DNA from: Flavobacteriaceae bacterium
GTDB taxonomy: Bacteria; Bacteroidota; Bacteroidia; Flavobacteriales; Flavobacteriaceae
Length of the DNA: 64,000 bases
NCBI GenBank assembly: GCA_965656215.1
Contig: CBFHJD010000001.1
Location: 17,808-81,807, forward strand
Direction: 5' to 3'
Numbering within the stretch: position 1 is the first letter of the stretch; each line of letters begins with the position of its first letter. This document shows, in pieces, positions 58,704 to 64,000 of the stretch. The notes beneath the pieces are model-generated. The model saw only the letters and a program-made list of their open reading frames with translations, made no database searches and was not told where the DNA came from. The position numbers and the translations under genes were made by a program.

Positions 58704-59844
58704 ATCATCTGATTTTAGGACGTTGTGTGTCCATGCTGGTGAACTCAAAGACACTCAGTTCGGAGGAGCAATTTCACCACTTTATGCTTCAACTTCCTAT
58801 AATTATGATGACGTCGATATCAAACAATATCCCCGTTATTTTAACACCCCTAATCAAAGAGGTTTGTGCGAGAAGATTGCTGCTCTAGAGGGGGCTGAAA
58901 CAGGCTTGATTTTTGGCTCAGGAATGGCGGCAGTGAGCACGGCATTGCTCTCTCATTTAAGATCTGGAGATCATGTGGTTTTTCAAGATGACATCTACGG
59001 AGGCACGCGTAATTTCATCAAAAAAGAATTTCCTAAATACGGAATTGAATACAGCTTTACCAAAGGCCTTAACGCTGCGGATTTTAAAGCTGAAATTACT
59101 CCTCAAACAAAAGGGATTTACATTGAAACACCGAGTAATCCACTGCTTAAAATCACGGATTTGAAGGCTGTAAGTGATCTCGCAAAAAGCGAATCAATTT
59201 GGACTATGATTGATAATACTTTTGCTAGTCCGGTGAATCAAAACCCCATAGCTCATGGAATTGATATTGTTATTCACAGTGCAACTAAATATCTCGGTGG
59301 ACATAGTGACATATCAGCAGGTGTAGTTCTGGCCACAGAATCCATTATTGAAAAAGTGTATGAATCTGCAAAAAATTTAGGGGGAAATTTAAGTGAATAC
59401 ACCGTGTGGCTTTTGGAACGAAGTATAAAAACACTATATATTAGGGTTCAAGCTCAAAACAAGAATGCACAGCTACTTTCAAATTTTCTTCTAGATCAAG
59501 ACTGGGTTAGAGAAGTTTATTATCCTGGTTTGGAAAACCACAAAGACCATCAAATTGCAAAGCAGCAAATGAGTGGTTTTGGAGGAATGCTATCTTTCAA
59601 TCTCGCTCCAGGTCTTGACACTAAAAAGTTTTTAAAGGGACTTGAGATGGTCAAGCCCACAATGAGTTTGGCTGGAATTGAAAGCACCGCATTAAGCCCT
59701 CGATTAACTTCTCACTCATTACTAAGTGAAGAGGAACGTCAAGCTCAGGGAATTACTGAACAAATGGTTCGTTTTTCCGCTGGTATAGAAGCCATTGAGG
59801 ATATTAAAACGGATGTTCTTCAATCCATTACTAAAATTAGTTGA
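58696..59844 (+). CDS. Cys/Met-metabolism PLP-dependent enzyme (cystathionine gamma-synthase/lyase family)
   Basis: 382 aa with the PLP-lysine motif HSATKYLGGHSD. The start overlaps the Gpx gene by 8 nt. Confidence 0.85.
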   Translation: MNKSSDFRTLCVHAGELKDTQFGGAISPLYASTSYNYDDVDIKQYPRYFNTPNQRGLCEKIAALEGAETGLIFGSGMAAVSTALLSHLRSGDHVVFQDDIYGGTRNFIKKEFPKYGIEYSFTKGLNAADFKAEITPQTKGIYIETPSNPLLKITDLKAVSDLAKSESIWTMIDNTFASPVNQNPIAHGIDIVIHSATKYLGGHSDISAGVVLATESIIEKVYESAKNLGGNLSEYTVWLLERSIKTLYIRVQAQNKNAQLLSNFLLDQDWVREVYYPGLENHKDHQIAKQQMSGFGGMLSFNLAPGLDTKKFLKGLEMVKPTMSLAGIESTALSPRLTSHSLLSEEERQAQGITEQMVRFSAGIEAIEDIKTDVLQSITKIS

Positions 59845-60569
59845 TGAAAACAGTTGATATTTTAGCGTTTGGAGCCCACCCTGATGATGTTGAATTAGGA
59901 TGTGCTGGAAGCATTGCACTTTCAAAAAGTCAGGGTAAAACCGTTGCCATTATAGATTTAACACAAGGAGAATTGGGTACTCGTGGTACCGTTGCTACTA
60001 GGCAAAGTGAAGCTCAAAAAGCAGCAGAAATTTTAGGGGTAAGTCAGCGAGAAAACATGAACTTTAGAGATGGTTTTTTTCAAAATGATGAAACCCATCA
60101 AATGGCATTGATCACTAAAGTTAGGTCCTATAAACCTAGAATTGTTTTGTGTAATGCAATTCACGACAGGCATTTAGATCACGGTAAAGCAAATGCGCTT
60201 GTAAACGATGTCTGTTTTTTAAGTGGTCTCGAAAAGATTAAAACATTTGACAGTAAGGGCAATTCACAAGAAGCCTGGAGACCTAACTTAGTTTTAGAAT
60301 ATATTCAGTGGATGGATATTGAACCGGATATCATAGTTGATATTTCAGCCCAATTAGAAATCAAAAAGGCTGCTGTTAATGCTTACCGTACACAATTTTT
60401 TGATCCGAATTCAGAAGAAGCTGAAACTCCAATCTCAAGTAAAAACTTCATTGAAAGTGTAGACTATAGGGCTAAGAATTTTGGTCGTTTGATAGGCGTA
60501 GATGCAGGGGAAGGCTTTACTTCAAGAAAATTATTATCAACTTCTAATTTGTTTGATTTAGTTCGTTAA
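59844..60569 (+). CDS. bshB1: bacillithiol biosynthesis deacetylase BshB1 (PIG-L/LmbE family)
   Basis: The track start at 59841 is a TTG. The ATG at 59844 shares 1 nt with the upstream TGA. The motif is ILAFGAHPDDVELGCAG. Confidence 0.8.
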   Translation: MKTVDILAFGAHPDDVELGCAGSIALSKSQGKTVAIIDLTQGELGTRGTVATRQSEAQKAAEILGVSQRENMNFRDGFFQNDETHQMALITKVRSYKPRIVLCNAIHDRHLDHGKANALVNDVCFLSGLEKIKTFDSKGNSQEAWRPNLVLEYIQWMDIEPDIIVDISAQLEIKKAAVNAYRTQFFDPNSEEAETPISSKNFIESVDYRAKNFGRLIGVDAGEGFTSRKLLSTSNLFDLVR

Positions 60570-60579
60570 AGCATTAAAA

Positions 60580-61560
60580 ATGAAATCAATACGCTGGGGA
60601 ATTGTAGGTTTAGGAAATATTGCTCATAAATTTGCAGCTGATTTAGTTCTTGTTCCCAATTGTGTACTTCAAGCAGTTGCCTCTTCTGATAAAAAGCGAG
60701 CTCTTGAATTTTCAAAAAAGTTTGAAGCAAAACACTATTATTCTAGTTACACTGACTTATTTTCCGATCCTGAGGTAGATGTTGTCTATATTGCATCATT
60801 GCATCCTTTACACAAGTCTCTTTCTATAGCAGCCATGGAACAGGGTAAGGCAGTTCTTTGTGAAAAACCAATGGGAATGCAGCAAGAAGAGGTTCGAGAA
60901 ATGATTCATACTGCTAAAAAGAATAATGTTTTCCTGATGGAAGCACTTTGGACTCGATTCAATCCGGCATTTGAACAGGTGCATCAATGGATTAGTGAAA
61001 ATAAAATTGGTCCTTTGCGCTATATCAATTCCACTTTTAGTTTTAACGCTTTGAGTAGGGGAGTTGATTCTAGAGTTTTTAATCCTGAAAAGGGCGGAGG
61101 TAGCCTATTGGATATTGGAATTTACCCACTGTTTTTAGCCTATCATTTTTTAGGTTTTCCAGAAACTATATCTGCAAGTGCTGTGCTGACAGATCAAAAA
61201 GTTGACGAGCAACTCGGATTCATTTTTTCTTATGCTAAGGCTCAAGCTATGTTATATTCAAGTTTTGCACACAATGAAGATATGAGAGCAACAATATGTG
61301 GTGAAAATGGTGAGATTTATATGAATTCACAGTGGCATCTTACTTCGGATATTAAATTGGTAAAAGACGGGAAAGAAATAAAAAAATCTTTCGATTTTAA
61401 AGGATTGGGATATACTTACGAAATAGAAGAAGCCAATAGTTGTATTAGAAATGACAAACTTGAGTCTGACAAATGGAGTTGGAAAAACAGTTTAGATATT
61501 TCAATACTGATGGATACCATTAGAAAGCAAGTTGGTGTAAGCTATGTCACTAACAAATAA
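60580..61560 (+). CDS. Gfo/Idh/MocA family oxidoreductase
   Basis: 326 aa with the Rossmann motif IRWGIVGLGNIAHKF and the stretch EKP (CEKPMG). Confidence 0.85.
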   Translation: MKSIRWGIVGLGNIAHKFAADLVLVPNCVLQAVASSDKKRALEFSKKFEAKHYYSSYTDLFSDPEVDVVYIASLHPLHKSLSIAAMEQGKAVLCEKPMGMQQEEVREMIHTAKKNNVFLMEALWTRFNPAFEQVHQWISENKIGPLRYINSTFSFNALSRGVDSRVFNPEKGGGSLLDIGIYPLFLAYHFLGFPETISASAVLTDQKVDEQLGFIFSYAKAQAMLYSSFAHNEDMRATICGENGEIYMNSQWHLTSDIKLVKDGKEIKKSFDFKGLGYTYEIEEANSCIRNDKLESDKWSWKNSLDISILMDTIRKQVGVSYVTNK

Positions 61561-61589
61561 ATAAACTGCCCTACTGCTCCTAGAGATTA

Positions 61590-61751
61590 CTAGTCTTTAG
61601 ATGGAAACCGTCCCTGATTACCAATGCCATCCAAGTCATTGGTGTCATAAGAGCTAGAGTTTTGGTTTCGTTGAATGGTGTTTTGCCTCCTTATGATTTT
61701 GAAAAGAAAGTAAACATAAATCACAAAAATGAGACATCCGATAATAAACAT
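61590..61751 (-). CDS. possible small single-pass membrane protein (53 aa, below the ORF-track cutoff)
   Basis: My translation is MFIIGCLIFVIYVYFLFKIIRRQNTIQRNQNSSSYDTNDLDGIGNQGRFPSKD-stop. It starts 8 nt downstream of the 62-aa gene's stop. Confidence 0.35.
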   Translation of the reverse strand: MFIIGCLIFVIYVYFLFKIIRRQNTIQRNQNSSSYDTNDLDGIGNQGRFPSKD

Positions 61752-61758
61752 GATTTTA

Positions 61759-61947
61759 TTATTCATCGTTTCTTTTTAAGTCGTCATTTCTTCTTTGTCT
61801 AATTGCGATTGCAAAACCTAAGATGGTAACTGGCCATAAGCCCACGTAAAGTCCTTCTAATTGCTCTCCTGAAAACCATAAATAGATGGAATACAGAAAG
61901 CTAAGAAAGGCAAGTAGTATCGGGTAATATTTTTCTAAAAATCTCAT
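61759..61947 (-). CDS. small two-helix membrane protein (hypothetical)
   Basis: 62 aa with two hydrophobic segments (YYPILLAFLSFLYSIYLWF and LYVGLWPVTILGFAIAI) and a charged tail. Confidence 0.45.
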   Translation of the reverse strand: MRFLEKYYPILLAFLSFLYSIYLWFSGEQLEGLYVGLWPVTILGFAIAIRQRRNDDLKRNDE

Positions 61948-62081
61948 AAGTTTAAATATAGTAAAAAATATAATTACAATTTTCTCTTAAAGAATTAAGA
62001 AAAAAGAATTCAATTTATTTAATTTTTACTTTAGAGCACGAAGAGGGTGTTTTCAATGCGGAATACTAATTAAAATCTTAT

Positions 62082-62089
62082 TATATTTG
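62082..62089 (+). promoter_or_regulatory. -7 promoter box for tRNA-His
   Basis: TATATTTG ends 12 nt before the tRNA 5' end. Confidence 0.55.
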
Positions 62090-62101
62090 CGCCCAAGAAA
62101 T

Positions 62102-62179
62102 GGTGGTTGTAGCTCAGTTGGTTAGAGCGCCTGATTGTGGTTCAGGAGGTCGTCGGTTCGAGACCGATCTTCCACCCCA
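62102..62179 (+). tRNA. tRNA-His (anticodon GTG) with encoded G-1 and CCA
   Basis: G(-1) GTGGTTG TA GCTC-AGTTGGTTA-GAGC G CCTGA-TTGTGGT-TCAGG AGGTC GTCGG-TTCGAGA-CCGAT CTTCCAC C CCA. The G-1:C73 pair is typical of bacterial tRNA-His. Confidence 0.85.
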
Positions 62180-62188
62180 TTAAAATAA

Positions 62189-62214
62189 GGGTTTCAGAAA
62201 TGAGACCCTTTTTT
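62189..62214 (+). terminator. intrinsic terminator after tRNA-His
   Basis: GGGTTTC-agaaat-GAGACCC followed by T6. Confidence 0.7.
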
Positions 62215-62400
62215 AATTCAATAACGTCAATCCAGCCTAGATTCATCACAATTCAATCGGAAGATCAACTTTAAAACGGTATGCTTTTTTTAAAATCAAT
62301 CTCTACGGTAATAAATGTTTTTTTTAATCGTTAGAAACAAAGTACCTAATTCGACATTAGTTCACACAATAAACTTTTCAAATCCTATAAGACAGTAACT

Positions 62401-62991
62401 ATGAAAAACTTTCTATATCTTTTTTTTACTTTAATGACCTTTGTAGCCGTTCAAGCACAGGGGTTTGAATATGGATTAAAAGCAGGGTTAAACTTTAATT
62501 CTTCAGGAGATATTACCACTATATCTACTCAGTTTCCAAGTATAGATGAGGCTAAAAGTCAAGTAAATGGGTTCAATATTGGTATTTACGGACAATTAAA
62601 ACTGGCTATGCTCTATGTAAGACCTGAAATCAATTTTTCAAAATTTGATACGTCTTATGAGGAATTGACAGTTGGTAAATCTAGAATTGAAGCTCCAGTT
62701 TCAGTAGGGTTTAAGCTATTGCCATTTCTTAGTGCTTTTGCCGGACCTACTTATCGATATGAATTAAATAAGGACAACAAAGATTATACTATAGAATCTT
62801 TAAAAGGAGATTCAACCTTAGGGATACATCTTGGTGCTAGAATTCACTTGGGCAAACTTGGAATTGATGCTCGAATAGAAAGAGGGATCTCAGAAAGCGA
62901 AGCTCAGTTGCTAAGCAGTAATAATATTAATGTTGGAGTCATAGACAACAGAACAACCGTACTCAGCGTAGGTGTATCTTATGCTTTTTAA
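62401..62991 (+). CDS. small outer-membrane beta-barrel (porin family) protein
   Basis: 196 aa with signal peptide ...FVAVQAQ. GFEYGLKAGLNFNS opens an alternating strand pattern, and the C-terminus is ...LSVGVSYAF. Confidence 0.7.
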   Translation: MKNFLYLFFTLMTFVAVQAQGFEYGLKAGLNFNSSGDITTISTQFPSIDEAKSQVNGFNIGIYGQLKLAMLYVRPEINFSKFDTSYEELTVGKSRIEAPVSVGFKLLPFLSAFAGPTYRYELNKDNKDYTIESLKGDSTLGIHLGARIHLGKLGIDARIERGISESEAQLLSSNNINVGVIDNRTTVLSVGVSYAF

Positions 62992-62997
62992 AGTAGA

Positions 62998-63816
62998 TTA
63001 CTTTACAGTATAATTAATTTCTGATACTTCAGAAACACGGAAATATCCTAATGGACTATTCTCAGGATTTGTAAGGTTTACCATATTCCCATTTAAATTA
63101 GCTGGATTTGTTTGAAAGGGGCCACCCTGTTGGGTATTTTGAAGAATTAGTAAATACCAGTATTGGTAAGCTGTTTTTGAAAGACTGTATTGTCTAAATC
63201 GAATGCGATCTCCTTTTTCCAAATCGCTATTTAAAAGCACACCGTAATATTCTGATCCGTTTGAAAAGTCATCACGATATATGTTGTATTCTGGAGCCTC
63301 TAAACGATCACTCAAAAATTCAAAGTAGCTGTAATTGTTTTCATCCTCTGCATCCATACTGTAGGCCTCTATTTGGGTTGCAATATTTCCAAAGAAGGGA
63401 ATGCTGTCTTGTTCAATTTTATAGATCGATGCAACTGGATTTAAAACCTCACTGCCACTGTATTGCTGCCCTTCATAACGAATTTGAAGTGTTAATTCAT
63501 TGCCAATATCATAGGGAATTGTATCTATTGGGTGATAGATTCCGCTTTTATCTTTTTCAGTAAATTGAAAAATCGTGTTAGTGCGATCTGTAATTTGAAC
63601 TTCTGCACCATTTGCAGGAATTCTTAAATTTTCAAAATAGGGAGTGGTTTTGGAAAGCACAATGAGTTGTTCGGTTTGTTGACTTTCTTTGATCCAATTC
63701 AACGTTCCTTCGATAACCAGGCGTTCGTTTGAATAATTTAAATCGACATCTACCACATCCTCACAAGCGGTAAAGACGGTGATTGCAATTCCAAGAAAAA
63801 AGATGTTTCTGAGCAT
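62998..63816 (-). CDS. DUF4249 domain-containing lipoprotein
   Basis: 272 aa with lipobox VFTAC. The N-terminal DVVDVDLNYSNERLVIEGTLNW pattern is typical of DUF4249. It sits 1 nt downstream of a TonB-dependent receptor gene, the usual context for this family. Confidence 0.7.
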   Translation of the reverse strand: MLRNIFFLGIAITVFTACEDVVDVDLNYSNERLVIEGTLNWIKESQQTEQLIVLSKTTPYFENLRIPANGAEVQITDRTNTIFQFTEKDKSGIYHPIDTIPYDIGNELTLQIRYEGQQYSGSEVLNPVASIYKIEQDSIPFFGNIATQIEAYSMDAEDENNYSYFEFLSDRLEAPEYNIYRDDFSNGSEYYGVLLNSDLEKGDRIRFRQYSLSKTAYQYWYLLILQNTQQGGPFQTNPANLNGNMVNLTNPENSPLGYFRVSEVSEINYTVK

Positions 63817-63817
63817 T

Positions 63818-64000
63818 TTAAAACTTAAAATTATAGGTTACAGAAGGGATAATTCCAAATATTGATAAACGAACGGCTTCGTTTTGTCCTGTATCACTAT
63901 TTTTCTGAAACCGTATGTTAGCTGCGTTTTGTCTGTTGTAGGCATTGAATACACTAAATACCCATTGACCTGTAAATGCTTTATCGCTTCGATCTGGAGT
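63818..64000 (-). CDS. TonB-dependent receptor, C-terminal end only (5' part outside the window)
   Basis: The minus-strand open frame to the window edge is not in the ORF track. My translation is TPDRSDKAFTGQWVFSVFNAYNRQNAANIRFQKNSDTGQNEAVRLSIFGIIPSVTYNFKF-stop, a typical TBDR terminal strand ending in Phe. Confidence 0.75.
   Translation of the reverse strand, partial: TPDRSDKAFTGQWVFSVFNAYNRQNAANIRFQKNSDTGQNEAVRLSIFGIIPSVTYNFKF

Overview
AT-rich chromosomal segment with the hallmarks of a Flavobacteriia (Bacteroidota) genome. These include a SusC/SusD pair, several TonB-dependent receptors, many lipoproteins, recurrent TAnnTTTG -7 promoter boxes, a tmRNA with tag GENNYALAA, a fused SecDF, and a Rho with a low-complexity N-terminal insertion. 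I call 55 protein genes. Two are truncated at the window edges and one 53-aa gene is below the size cutoff, so none of these three is in the ORF track. I also call one tmRNA, tRNA-Glu(TTC) and tRNA-His(GTG), plus several intrinsic terminators and promoter boxes. I see no rRNA, CRISPR array, transposase, integrase or phage genes, so this reads as core genome, mostly housekeeping (gyrB, mdh, secDF, asnB, typA, rho, proS, cysS, folE, folP, tpiA, prmA, truA, rpsT and others). Several track ORFs needed start-codon correction, notably typA, whose long ORF version runs across the tmRNA gene. The best candidates for under-described biology are: (1) a four-gene operon of DUF4856-like lipoprotein, imelysin-like lipoprotein, HTTM (vitamin-K-carboxylase-like) membrane protein and TonB-dependent receptor; (2) a CAZyme-free SusC/SusD pair packed against a BCCT transporter, next to a MarR gene with a perfect 21-bp palindrome; (3) a lipoprotein with an aromatic/Gly-rich core and a long basic Ser/Arg/Asn-rich tail, paired with a FadL-like barrel; (4) the Rho insertion carrying a (GQ)7 hexanucleotide repeat; (5) a tightly overlapped thiol-redox operon (Gpx-like, Cys/Met PLP enzyme, BshB1, oxidoreductase). 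All family names come from motif recognition by eye and need HMM or BLAST confirmation. Coordinates of the RNA genes and small motifs were counted by hand and may be off by 1-2 nt.
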